A DNA stretch of 36,201 nt from an uncultured Bacilli bacterium (GCA_944371545.1 CALVXT010000002.1:1-36201), one strand, 5' to 3'. Numbered from the stretch's first letter, positions 26,907-36,201 are shown. The notes: generated by a model not told the origin, from the letters alone. Made by a program: numbers and translations.

Positions 26907-27035
26907 TTAAATTTCTTTACGATTAATACTTTTTGTATTTAATATTTCTTTATTTTTCTTATTTATAAAACAAATATCATAACCACATATATTTGCAATT
27001 TTTTCAATCGTTTCAAATGTTTCGATCGTCGCAGC
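26907..27035 (-). pseudogene. 3' remnant of an XRE-family HTH regulator gene
   Basis: The minus-strand frame reads (TGA)AATIETFETIEKIANICGYDICFINKKNKEILNTKSINRKEI*. It matches the helix-3 / C-terminal part of HTH_3 proteins (P-S-IETLxKIAxxL...). There is no start codon and no N-terminal half. The frame closes exactly where the GC-rich patch begins. Confidence 0.4.
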
Positions 27036-27156
27036 TCATGGGTTCGGTGCTGGCATAGTGGGCTTTGCTTACTACTACTGGGTTACCAACAGCATTGGCG
27101 TGCGCGGAGTTATACTCATTAAAAAATATAAAGTCTTTGATCAACTTTATATTTTT

Positions 27157-28692
27157 TTATAAGTGATAATATTTTATTCTATTTTGATAATCTTTTTCAG
27201 CTGCTTTTTTGAAATTTATCCCGAAATCAATATCCATTGAAAAGAATAAACTATCATAAATCAATTTATCTTCAAACGGCAAAATTGTAGTTATGGCAAT
27301 ATAAGGTAACTCATTATAAGGTATTATTTCATCAATATTTGAAGTAATTCCTTTTATCATATAACATTTCTCTTCATCCATTATTGCTGTATATTCTTCT
27401 AAGTAATCCATTATAAAAAATATTTTACGAATTCCTTTTTTAAATCCTTTGACAATTTCTAATTCTTCTTTAGAAAATTTATAAGGATTTGCTAAGACAA
27501 ATTCTGTGATATTCGCTTCTTTATTTTTCCATAGTTTGTCAATTATTTCTGATAAATCATGTGGATTTAATCCTATTTGCTTATAGATTTTTAATTTTGG
27601 TTTGATTTTATATTTTCGATTGGTAAAATCCAATAATCCAAAATATAATTTATAAAATAAATCTCGTTCTTTTTTGCTTAAACAAGCATTTTTTTGTGGA
27701 ATATATTTTTTGTGTTTATGTAAATGATATTCTATGTTTTCTTGATTTTGTTTTCTTACTTCATTTGGAGTACAACCGTTTAATGCACCTGAAGGCATTT
27801 CATCCATTGCGACATCCATATCTTTTAGATAATCAGTTAAGTCTATATCTTTTAAAGCGGGAACATTTATAAGTGCATTTTTAAGACTTGTTCTATCTCT
27901 ATTTAATAAAGCATATTCCTGTACATATTCAATAAAATCTATATAGAAAAAAGGAAGTGTAATTGTTTCTTTGTAAAATTTCTTTATTTTTGGATTATTC
28001 ATATTAAAATCATTATAAAATAAAGAAATATAATCTTTTATATTTACTTGAGTAGTAAATGCGCCTCCTTGTTTTTTTCGCTCTTCAGCTAATTCATCTT
28101 TTAAATGATAATAATCATTATAAATAGCTTCAACTTGCTCTCCTATGCTTTCTAAAGTTATCAATTCTAATGAAACATAAAATTTAAAAAGTTGATTATT
28201 AAGGATATGGTAACGAAATACGGTTTCTTTTACTCCTAGTAAAGATGAGCTTATTTGAATTAAACTTTCAACTAAAATTGTTCCTTGAATTTTACAAATA
28301 CTTACTAGTATTTCATTTAATTTATCAATTGCTTTTGTTTCATTCCATTTCACATTTTTAAGCGCTAATTTTATATTATTTTCTAATTCTTTAATTATTT
28401 GATAGCCTGTACCTATGTTGTAAAAAATCAAAAATTTCTTTTGTAACATTTTTTCTTCCCATTCATATTTACTTTCACCAGGCATTGACTTTTTTTCTAG
28501 TAACATTTCTAAGTATTTTAATTCTCTTGTTGTACATATATTGATAATTTTACGATAATCTGAATAAACATTAAAAATTTCTTTAAGCATCTTTACTTTT
28601 GTAATTTTCTCATAATCTTTAAAATCTTCTACAATTCGACTATACGAATCAAAAACATATTCTTTTTTATAATATTTTATTTCTTCTAACAT
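27157..28692 (-). CDS. Hypothetical 511-aa soluble protein (no family recognised)
   Basis: Long ORF with host-like composition, 5 nt downstream of a GT2 gene on the same strand. No TM segments and no motifs that I recognise. Confidence 0.6.
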   Translation of the reverse strand: MLEEIKYYKKEYVFDSYSRIVEDFKDYEKITKVKMLKEIFNVYSDYRKIINICTTRELKYLEMLLEKKSMPGESKYEWEEKMLQKKFLIFYNIGTGYQIIKELENNIKLALKNVKWNETKAIDKLNEILVSICKIQGTILVESLIQISSSLLGVKETVFRYHILNNQLFKFYVSLELITLESIGEQVEAIYNDYYHLKDELAEERKKQGGAFTTQVNIKDYISLFYNDFNMNNPKIKKFYKETITLPFFYIDFIEYVQEYALLNRDRTSLKNALINVPALKDIDLTDYLKDMDVAMDEMPSGALNGCTPNEVRKQNQENIEYHLHKHKKYIPQKNACLSKKERDLFYKLYFGLLDFTNRKYKIKPKLKIYKQIGLNPHDLSEIIDKLWKNKEANITEFVLANPYKFSKEELEIVKGFKKGIRKIFFIMDYLEEYTAIMDEEKCYMIKGITSNIDEIIPYNELPYIAITTILPFEDKLIYDSLFFSMDIDFGINFKKAAEKDYQNRIKYYHL

Positions 28693-28697
28693 TTTTT

Positions 28698-29639
28698 CTA
28701 ATCTTTCTTAACACTTTCTGTTTCTTTTACAATATAAATAGGTCTTTTTTTGGTTTCTAAATATGTTTTAGCTAAGTATTCACCAAATATTCCCATAAAG
28801 AATAATTGAATTCCACTTACAAAAATGATGATGCAAGCAAGGCTTGGCCAACCACCTACTGGATCACCCCATATCAAAGTTTTGCATATTATTACAAGAA
28901 TCATGATGAAAGCGATGATGCAAAACAAAATTCCTAAAAAAGCTGCAATCGTTAAAGGAACAGTTGTAAAAGCTACTATGCCTTCAACAGCATATTTAAA
29001 TAATTTCCAAAAAGACCATTTCGTTTCTCCAGCTACTCTTTCAACATTTTCAAATTCTATCCATTTTGTTTTGAATCCAACAAAACTCCATAATCCTTTA
29101 GAATAGCGATTATATTCCCTGCAAGATATGATTGAGTCAACCATTTGTCTTGTCATTAATCTATAATCTCTTGCTCCATCAACCATTTCTACTTTACTCA
29201 TATGATTAATAATTTTATAAAATCTTCTAGCAAAAAAACTTCTGATTGGTGGTTCACCTTTTCTTGTTACTCTTCTTGTTCCTACACAGTCATAATCTTC
29301 CTCTTCAATATATTTAACCATTTCTGGTAACATTTTTGGTGGGTCTTGTAAATCAGCATCCATCAAAGTTACGTAATCTCCTGTTGAATAATCAAGTCCT
29401 GCTAACATGGCAGCTTCTTTTCCAAAATTTCTGGAAAAGGAAACATAACAGACTCTTTTATCCTGACTGTTTAATTCTTTAATAATTTTTAAACTGTTAT
29501 CTTTTGAACCGTCGTTTACAAAAATAAGTTCAAATTGATAATTTGACATACTTTCCATTACTTTAGACATTTCTTTATAAAACAATGGTAAGGATTCTTC
29601 TTCATTGTAACAAGATACAATTACACTAATTTTTTTCAT
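28698..29639 (-). CDS. GtrB/CsbB-like GT2 polyprenyl-phosphate glycosyltransferase
   Basis: VIVSCYNEEESL, FVNDGSKDNS, SRNFGKEAAMLAG, MDADLQDPP, plus two C-terminal TM helices. Confidence 0.8.
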   Translation of the reverse strand: MKKISVIVSCYNEEESLPLFYKEMSKVMESMSNYQFELIFVNDGSKDNSLKIIKELNSQDKRVCYVSFSRNFGKEAAMLAGLDYSTGDYVTLMDADLQDPPKMLPEMVKYIEEEDYDCVGTRRVTRKGEPPIRSFFARRFYKIINHMSKVEMVDGARDYRLMTRQMVDSIISCREYNRYSKGLWSFVGFKTKWIEFENVERVAGETKWSFWKLFKYAVEGIVAFTTVPLTIAAFLGILFCIIAFIMILVIICKTLIWGDPVGGWPSLACIIIFVSGIQLFFMGIFGEYLAKTYLETKKRPIYIVKETESVKKD

Positions 29640-29680
29640 AAGCCACTTCCTAACTTTATTTTACCAAAATTTTGAATAAA

Positions 29681-31300
29681 TTAATAGTACACCTTTATGC
29701 TACAAAAACTTAGTGTTTTAAAATCTGCATTTTTTATTTCTTCAGGAATTTGATTTTCTTTTAAAAAGATGTATATATTGCCTTTTTTTATTTCATCTAA
29801 CCGAAAATAATATTTATCTACTTGGATAATATTGTTTCCATCCATTATCTTTTTTTCATTAAATGTATATGGATCCATTTCTAATGCAAGCATCGTATAT
29901 ATATAAGGCTGATGATAATCTTCATCAATCACATAAATTTTATCTGCATCACTTTGACTTGCGAAGGATAAAGCTGATGCTATATCTTCTTCTGATACAA
30001 AGAAATAGGTATCATGAACTTCTTTAGGATATTCTTTAAAATAATAATGACCGAAGGAAAGAAACATAATAAGATACATAGTTAAAATGACATATCCACT
30101 CCAATTTTTCTTGGATATTAAAGCACTTATTCCCATGATAATAAAATAAATTAATGGAAAATAAATGGCATTTGCTCGATTAATATTTGGTCCATCTAAA
30201 ATCATGGTAATAAGAAAAACTGAAATAAATAAAGCTAGCATTATTCCATCTAAATTTATCTTTTTTTCTTTAATAGCTTGAATTGTATTTTTACAAACTA
30301 AAATAAATCCATAAATACAGAAAGGAATACTAAAATAATAAACTGTTCCATATTCTTTAAACGCATTGTAAATTAAACCGTCATTAGAAAATAAAATTCC
30401 AAAAATGTTAAAATTCTTCCAAATATTTTGAAGACTAAATTCACTTCCCCGATAGAAAAATAGTTCAGGAATAGATAAGAATGGTGTTTTTATTTCATTT
30501 ATCAATCCATTATTCACTGCGAGCATTAAAATTAAAGGTAAAGCTAAAATAAATAATGGTATTCCAAGAAGAAAACACTCACTCCATTTTATTTTTTCAC
30601 TATATAAACCATATAATAAAACTATTGCGAGAAAAATTGGTAAAATCAAGTAAGAAACAGCATAGGTATATAATGTTAACCCAAAACTTATTCCAGAAAA
30701 AATAAACCATCTTTTTTTATGTTTTGTAAGAGCTTGGTATAGAAAATAGCAAGAAATTATTATCATTGGAAATAATAAATAGGACTCTAACCCCCATCTA
30801 GAATGCATGATGGAAAATGGTAAACACACTAGTAAAAAAAGAGTGATTATTGCGCTTAACTTGCCTTTTTCTTTTTTCATCATTGAAACAAAACAATAGG
30901 CTGAGATGAAAGATAAAAGAATAGCTGGCAAGCGTATGTTTTCGACACTGAACCCTAAAATATCAATAACTATGAATGCTAGATATGTATATAAAGCATT
31001 TTGACCTCCGCCAAAATTAATAAAATAAACAGGATTTTGATATAGAAAACGGTCTACTCCATATCTACTTAAATTTAAAGCATCATACGCCATCCCTGCT
31101 TCATCAACATGAAGTCCATTTGGAATATTTCCTAGATTAAATGTTAAAAGAAAGACAAACAAACCTGTAAAAAAAAGAATTATTCCTTTATAGACTTTGT
31201 CTACTTTTTTTTCTATTTTTTTATCTAATGGCTTTTTCCATAAAAATAGGATAAGTAAGATACTTATTATTGTAAAAATTATTGAAAGAATATTAATCAT
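29681..31300 (-). CDS. GT-C fold (ArnT/PMT, GT39/83-like) membrane glycosyltransferase
   Basis: 539 aa, more than 10 TM segments. The first extracytoplasmic loop carries LHVDEAGMAYDA (DE motif). Overlaps the upstream GT2 gene by 8 nt. Confidence 0.6.
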   Translation of the reverse strand: MINILSIIFTIISILLILFLWKKPLDKKIEKKVDKVYKGIILFFTGLFVFLLTFNLGNIPNGLHVDEAGMAYDALNLSRYGVDRFLYQNPVYFINFGGGQNALYTYLAFIVIDILGFSVENIRLPAILLSFISAYCFVSMMKKEKGKLSAIITLFLLVCLPFSIMHSRWGLESYLLFPMIIISCYFLYQALTKHKKRWFIFSGISFGLTLYTYAVSYLILPIFLAIVLLYGLYSEKIKWSECFLLGIPLFILALPLILMLAVNNGLINEIKTPFLSIPELFFYRGSEFSLQNIWKNFNIFGILFSNDGLIYNAFKEYGTVYYFSIPFCIYGFILVCKNTIQAIKEKKINLDGIMLALFISVFLITMILDGPNINRANAIYFPLIYFIIMGISALISKKNWSGYVILTMYLIMFLSFGHYYFKEYPKEVHDTYFFVSEEDIASALSFASQSDADKIYVIDEDYHQPYIYTMLALEMDPYTFNEKKIMDGNNIIQVDKYYFRLDEIKKGNIYIFLKENQIPEEIKNADFKTLSFCSIKVYY

Positions 31301-32249
31301 TTTCTTCCTCCAAATTTCTAGCTATATGATATCTTGGTCTTTTTTTGGACTCACTATATATTTTTCCAATATATTCTCCTACTATACCTAAAGAAAGCAT
31401 TTGTACTCCACCTACTAACCAAATAGAGCATGCAAGGAAAGTCCAACCATCTACTGTATATCCAACAAGTTTTACCACAATACAATAAATTGTTACTAAT
31501 AAACTAATAATAAAAATTAAAATTCCTAAGTTTAAAATTAACCTTATGGGTTTAACGCTGAAGGATGTGATTCCGTCCCATGCAAAGTGAAGCATTTTCT
31601 TTAGTGGATATTTGCTTTCTCCAGCAAATCTTTTATTTCTTTCATAGTAAACAACGTCGCTTGTATAACCAATTAAAGGAAAAATACCTCTCAAAAATAA
31701 ATTTACTTCTTCATATCCATCTAAAGCTTCTAAAACTCTTTTACTTGTTAACCTATAATCTGCATGATTAAAGACAATGTTGACCCCTAAAAATTTCATA
31801 ATTTTATAAAATGTTTCGGCAGTAAATCTTTTAAACCAACTGTCTTTTTTTCTTGAGCTTCTCACTCCATAAACAACGTCACAACCTGCGAGATATTTAT
31901 CAATCATTTCATCGATTGCATTAATGTCATCCTGTAAGTCAGCATCCATACTAATTACTACATCTGCATAATTTTTAGCTGTTAAAAGTCCTGCTAATAA
32001 AGCATTTTGATGTCCCTTATTTCTTGAAAGGCATATACCTGTAAAAAGCGAATTTGTCTCGTGAAGATTAAGAATTTTTTCCCATGTTTTATCTTTTGAA
32101 CCATCATTTACAAACATTACCTTACTTTTTTTTGAAATCTTATTTGCTTTTATTAAGCTTTTTAATTTTTTGTCAATTTGTTTTGCGGTTTCATTAAGCA
32201 CTTCTTCTTCGTTATAGCATGGAATAACAACATATAATACTTTTTCCAT
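31293..32249 (-). CDS. GtrB-like GT2 polyprenyl-phosphate glycosyltransferase (second paralogue)
   Basis: VVIPCYNEEEVL, FVNDGSKDKT, SRNKGHQNALLAG, SMDADLQDD, plus two C-terminal TM helices. Confidence 0.8.
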   Translation of the reverse strand: MEKVLYVVIPCYNEEEVLNETAKQIDKKLKSLIKANKISKKSKVMFVNDGSKDKTWEKILNLHETNSLFTGICLSRNKGHQNALLAGLLTAKNYADVVISMDADLQDDINAIDEMIDKYLAGCDVVYGVRSSRKKDSWFKRFTAETFYKIMKFLGVNIVFNHADYRLTSKRVLEALDGYEEVNLFLRGIFPLIGYTSDVVYYERNKRFAGESKYPLKKMLHFAWDGITSFSVKPIRLILNLGILIFIISLLVTIYCIVVKLVGYTVDGWTFLACSIWLVGGVQMLSLGIVGEYIGKIYSESKKRPRYHIARNLEEEND

Positions 32250-32319
32250 TTATTAAGCTCACTTCCTACGTTTATTTTTACACAAATATATAAAAAAAGC
32301 AATAAAAGAGAAATTTTTA

Positions 32320-33237
32320 TTACTTTTTTAACAAATTCAAATATAATTCATAACTTTGACGATTTTTTTTAACTATAACTTGAAGTATAATTCCTGTAAT
32401 GAATAACAGTAGTGCAAATACATAGATAAAACCACTTACTATTAAGGTTGGAAAACGTAATACTAAACCTGTTTTAAAATAATCTACAAATACTGGAACT
32501 ACTAAAATAGTTGCAAGTATAGCTAATAATAGCGCAAGAAAGCTAAAAAATCCAAACGGCTTATATTCTTTAAATAAAGTTGCAATTGTTTTTAATACTT
32601 TTAGTCCATCTGAATAGGTATTTAGTTTTGAAACACTTCCTTCAGGTCTATCGCGATAATTAACTGGAATTTCTATCAGCTTAAAATTTTTATCAACGGC
32701 ATGTATAGTCATTTCAGTTTCAATTTCAAATCCTTTAGAAAGAACAGGAAATCCTTTAACAAATTCATAACTAAAAGCTCGATATCCAGTCATTATGTCT
32801 TTAACTTCATTTTTAAATAAATGATTAATTAACCAACGAACTATTTTATTTCCAAAATTATGGAATGGTCTTTTATTTTCTGTAAAATACGTTGAAGATA
32901 AACGATCTCCTATTACCATATCAGCTTTTCCATTTAATATCAAATCGCACATCTCTTTGGCATTTTCAGCTGGATATGTGTCATCTCCGTCTATCATTAA
33001 ATAACATTCAGCATCTATTTCTCTAAACATTGTACGAATCACGTTTCCTTTTCCTTGGCGATATTCGTATCGTACAATAGCTCCAGCTTTTTTTGCAATA
33101 ATATCTGTTTTGTCTGTTGAATTATTATCATACACATAAATTTTAGCTTCAGGTAATGCTTTTTTGTAATCTTCTACAACTTTTTCTATAGTTTTTGCCT
33201 CATTGTAACAAGGTATTAGAATAGCAATTTTATCCAT
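32320..33237 (-). CDS. GT2 glycosyltransferase with C-terminal TM helices (third paralogue, more divergent)
   Basis: ILIPCYNEAKTI, VYDNNSTDKT, MIDGDDTYP, plus C-terminal TM helices. Confidence 0.75.
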   Translation of the reverse strand: MDKIAILIPCYNEAKTIEKVVEDYKKALPEAKIYVYDNNSTDKTDIIAKKAGAIVRYEYRQGKGNVIRTMFREIDAECYLMIDGDDTYPAENAKEMCDLILNGKADMVIGDRLSSTYFTENKRPFHNFGNKIVRWLINHLFKNEVKDIMTGYRAFSYEFVKGFPVLSKGFEIETEMTIHAVDKNFKLIEIPVNYRDRPEGSVSKLNTYSDGLKVLKTIATLFKEYKPFGFFSFLALLLAILATILVVPVFVDYFKTGLVLRFPTLIVSGFIYVFALLLFITGIILQVIVKKNRQSYELYLNLLKK

Positions 33238-33410
33238 AAGACACCTCTTCCAATCCTATTATACCTTTTATTAGAATTATATTCAAATAGAATATACCAA
33301 AAAATGCCTAAACTCCCAGACAATAAATACTTTATAAAAAATTTTTTTTAACGTCAACCAGTCAGTTTGAAAAACCATCTATGTTGACGTCCTTAAGATC
33401 TTTCATTATC

Positions 33411-35477
33411 TTATTTTATTTCTAAATTGACACAAGAAAGAATTTTATCTTCGACTAAATTATTTTTTTCATCTACTACTCGTATTTCTAGTTCATCTGT
33501 ATTTCTTGTATCTATTGAACTACTTACCCGAATCATTTGTCCATCATTTGGAAGAACTGATGTAGAAATAATTTCTTCTTCACCATGCTTTTTTGATACC
33601 AATTGGACTTGATAATTTGATACTGATTCATTTTTTGATTTATTATTTAAACCGATCCAATAAGATATTTGAGTATTTTCTTTTTTAGGAAAAGATAATT
33701 TTTTTTGTACAAATTCTTCATAATTATTCATAATATTTGAAGTGTTCTCGTCAATTTCAACAATATATAAATAATTATTATAATTTAAAAAACTAGGGGT
33801 GCTTGTTTTATAAAATTCTTTTATTTTATATCCACTACTATTTAAATTATCTATAAATGCTTGGAATTCTATCGCATCGGCTAATGTGTATAAATGAGTT
33901 ATTTTTTCTAACCGCTCATTTAATAAATTTTTAGCATATTCTGTATCAGTTGACATAACTAATGAATAAATTGGAATTTCATCATTTAATAACATCATAT
34001 ATCCAGAATTAGCATTTACTACTCCCCAAGCAGAATTTTCAGGCATTTGCACTGGTTCATCTTTGACAAACAATTGCTTCACATTATATTTGTAACTCTC
34101 TAAACCATTACCAAAAATGTTATTTGCAGACCAGTAGTCAGCTTGATATACATAATTAAAAACATTATAATAAACATGATAAGAAAGCAAAACTATTATG
34201 ACTGGTAAACAAATATATTTCTTGTATTTAATGCAATCTATTATAAATATTCCGATGGTTATAGTAGACAAAATGAGTAAAAATAGACCATATCTTGTAT
34301 ATCCTAATACGAATTTAGCCCAAATCAAATAATAAAAAATCAGACAAACCATAAATAGTAATTTTGTTTTGTTTACTTTTCTTTTTCGAATTTTTTGTAA
34401 TAAGTAATATCCTAAATAAGAAATTGCTATTAGATAACCAATGGCCCACGCAGGCTCAATAATTGAAATATCTATAGCTCTATTTTTTTCAAAAAGCATT
34501 TTTACTGGCCAGATTAAAGTTTCTAATAATCCTTTTGGTCCAAATCGAAGATCCATCCAATTTGTATTGCTGTATAAGTTCGACTGAAAAATAGTATTAT
34601 AAAATGGAAAAAATGGATTACTCGTCTCTAAATAAGTGTAAATCATATAGATAATAAATGGAAAACAGAAAGTTATACTTGAAACTAATAATGTTTTCAA
34701 CTTAAACTTTTTCAGTTCTTGCCAATAATTTATTAAAAATAATAGAAATAACCCTAAAATAAAGTAAGCGTTAGAAATTTTGGCACAAAATGCTAATCCT
34801 GAAAGAAAAGCCATAAAAGGAAATAATTGATTGATATCGTAATTATATTTTTTAAATATATGTATAAATATTTCTAGTAAGAAAATAATAGAAAAATAAT
34901 CTACATAATAAACATCTATTAAATCTATAATTGAAAATGTAAATATGGAAAAAGTAGCGATTAACGTTTTTGTTAAAGCATTTTTTATATTTAAAGACAT
35001 TAAAATTTGTTTTATTTGATGATAAATAACAATCAAACATAAATAATTAAAAATTAAACCTAACCGATATCCAAATACCAATCGAAATGGATAAAAAGCG
35101 CGGTCTGTAAAAGAGTATGTATAGGAATTAATGTTACGACTTGGAAAAAAATCACCTGTTAATAAGTTATTAAATGGATGAACTTGTGAATACAAATGAT
35201 AATTTAAAGTGTCATACATTCGGTCCGGAAATACAATAGTTATTGCAAATACCAAAAAAAGTAAGATATAAAAGATCCAATCAGCTTTATTAAAGTCCTT
35301 TGTAATTTGAATTTTTTTATTTACAAAATGAATAATTCCTAAGCTTAAGACTCCTGAAATAAGTAAACTGATAAAATAGTTCCAATTAAAGAAAAAAGTA
35401 AGATAATCATTGACTAAAATAATGAAACAAAAAGCAATGAATAGATACGAAAAGATATTTATTTCAATTTTTTTCAT
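33411..35477 (-). CDS. Large polytopic membrane protein with a C-terminal extracytoplasmic domain; probable GT-C-type transferase
   Basis: 688 aa. About 13 TM segments in the first roughly 440 aa, then a soluble domain of about 240 aa. It sits upstream of a GT2 gene, as in GtrB/GtrC-like pairs. No family is confidently recognised. Confidence 0.45.
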   Translation of the reverse strand: MKKIEINIFSYLFIAFCFIILVNDYLTFFFNWNYFISLLISGVLSLGIIHFVNKKIQITKDFNKADWIFYILLFLVFAITIVFPDRMYDTLNYHLYSQVHPFNNLLTGDFFPSRNINSYTYSFTDRAFYPFRLVFGYRLGLIFNYLCLIVIYHQIKQILMSLNIKNALTKTLIATFSIFTFSIIDLIDVYYVDYFSIIFLLEIFIHIFKKYNYDINQLFPFMAFLSGLAFCAKISNAYFILGLFLLFLINYWQELKKFKLKTLLVSSITFCFPFIIYMIYTYLETSNPFFPFYNTIFQSNLYSNTNWMDLRFGPKGLLETLIWPVKMLFEKNRAIDISIIEPAWAIGYLIAISYLGYYLLQKIRKRKVNKTKLLFMVCLIFYYLIWAKFVLGYTRYGLFLLILSTITIGIFIIDCIKYKKYICLPVIIVLLSYHVYYNVFNYVYQADYWSANNIFGNGLESYKYNVKQLFVKDEPVQMPENSAWGVVNANSGYMMLLNDEIPIYSLVMSTDTEYAKNLLNERLEKITHLYTLADAIEFQAFIDNLNSSGYKIKEFYKTSTPSFLNYNNYLYIVEIDENTSNIMNNYEEFVQKKLSFPKKENTQISYWIGLNNKSKNESVSNYQVQLVSKKHGEEEIISTSVLPNDGQMIRVSSSIDTRNTDELEIRVVDEKNNLVEDKILSCVNLEIK

Positions 35478-35479
35478 AT

Positions 35480-36201
35480 TTATTCCTTCTCTTTAATTCT
35501 ATTTATAATCTCTAATGATGTATATCCGTTTTTTTGAGCTAGAACAGAAAAACATCTTTCAATAGCATGAGCCATAGTCCCATCCAATTGACCATCTTCT
35601 TCTTCAAAGTCTTCTTTTGTAACTGATGTGAATATTTCTTTAATTGCATCCATTTTTGCCCAGAACATAGAACTAGTTGGAAAAGTCAAAAAGTAATTTA
35701 TTTCTGATAAATCTATACCTAATTTCTGGAATAATTTTTCCATATTTTCTCTATTATTTTCAATTGCACCAGTTGAGTCAATTAATGAATAAAAAATTCG
35801 GGGATATGGAATTGAATATATAATTCCTAATTTAGGATTGTCCAAAAATTCATTAAATATAGCTAGGATATTCTCTGTATTCCCTAATATATTTTTATAA
35901 ACATATCTCCGCCAATCATTGCCAAAATTCGTAGTTGTACTTTTTTTGGAATGCAAATGCAAAAAATAATCATAATTCTGATATACCTTTTTTGTTTGTA
36001 AAATCATTGGTAAAATATCACGACCATGATTTGGATAGGTATCAATCTGATATTTTTTTATTTTTTCATCTTTTAAAATTTTAGCAATTTCCTTTTTTTT
36101 TTTTTTAGTTTTTGTTGTAATAAATAAATTAAATTTATATGGGTTTTTTTTTATTTTTTTAATCATTTTTGGTAGTATGTCTGGATAGTATTTATGTGTT
36201 T
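35480..36201 (-). CDS. RgpF (rhamnan synthesis protein F)-family glycosyltransferase; 5' end runs off the window
   Basis: YPNHGRDILPMILQ, LHLHSKKS and NDWRRY blocks. The frame stays open upstream of the Met at 36166 (..HKYYPDILPK-MIKK..), which matches the family N-terminal region. The CDS is therefore partial. Confidence 0.65.
   Translation of the reverse strand, partial: THKYYPDILPKMIKKIKKNPYKFNLFITTKTKKKKKEIAKILKDEKIKKYQIDTYPNHGRDILPMILQTKKVYQNYDYFLHLHSKKSTTTNFGNDWRRYVYKNILGNTENILAIFNEFLDNPKLGIIYSIPYPRIFYSLIDSTGAIENNRENMEKLFQKLGIDLSEINYFLTFPTSSMFWAKMDAIKEIFTSVTKEDFEEEDGQLDGTMAHAIERCFSVLAQKNGYTSLEIINRIKEKE

Noticed and set aside
33351-33392. 8-bp inverted repeat acgtcaac / gttgacgt with a 24-nt loop, downstream of the 688-aa gene.
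   Set aside because: The loop is large, and on the minus strand the hairpin is followed by an A-run before any Ts. It is not a convincing terminator, and I can support no other function.
1-36201. CRISPR arrays, rRNA genes, IS elements with terminal inverted repeats, and integrase or transposase genes.
   Set aside because: I found no regularly spaced direct repeats, no rRNA-like GC-rich stretches, and no ORF with recombinase or transposase motifs. The only mobility gene is the broken MobV relaxase.

Overview
This is an AT-rich, Firmicutes-style chromosomal segment: both tRNAs encode their CCA, RBSs are GGAG-type, and a Bce-type module is present. All calls come from reading the sequence and ORF translations by eye. 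No searches were run.

Left to right:
1. A Bce-like peptide-antibiotic sensing and detox module: a 5'-partial BceB-type permease, an OmpR-type regulator, and a sensor kinase broken by a frameshift in a poly-A run.
2. A 660-bp 'intergenic' region that is really a tandem duplication of a type I toxin-antitoxin-like cassette. Each copy has a 29-aa hydrophobic peptide gene on the minus strand and a convergent small RNA on the plus strand.
3. A DUF4186 gene.
4. A seven-gene minus-strand arginine catabolism operon: an amino-acid ABC importer, arcA, arcB, arcC and a YfcC-type carrier.
5. A roughly 5.1-kb island bounded by a 10-bp direct repeat that copies the 3' end of tRNA-Gly(UCC). It carries an OLD-family ATPase/TOPRIM nuclease gene followed by a stand-alone radical SAM gene, plus a decayed MobV relaxase, an oriT-like inverted repeat and a small ORF.
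6. Divergent tRNA-Gly and tRNA-Thr genes.
7. A DNA-repair flavoured block: a radical SAM / DUF4130 / divergent GroEL-like operon behind a LexA-box-like site, a CarD-like regulator, and a LigD phosphoesterase-polymerase without ligase or Ku.
8. An exported thioredoxin-like protein and PFOR.
9. A truncated XRE remnant abutting an 89-nt GC-rich patch.
10. A cell-envelope glycosylation cluster: three GtrB-like GT2 genes, two large GT-C-like membrane proteins, an orphan 511-aa protein, and a partial RgpF-like gene containing an A14 tract.

The best candidate for an undescribed system is the OLD + radical SAM pair on the tRNA-Gly island. The rSAM-DUF4130-chaperonin operon and the duplicated type I TA cassette rank next.
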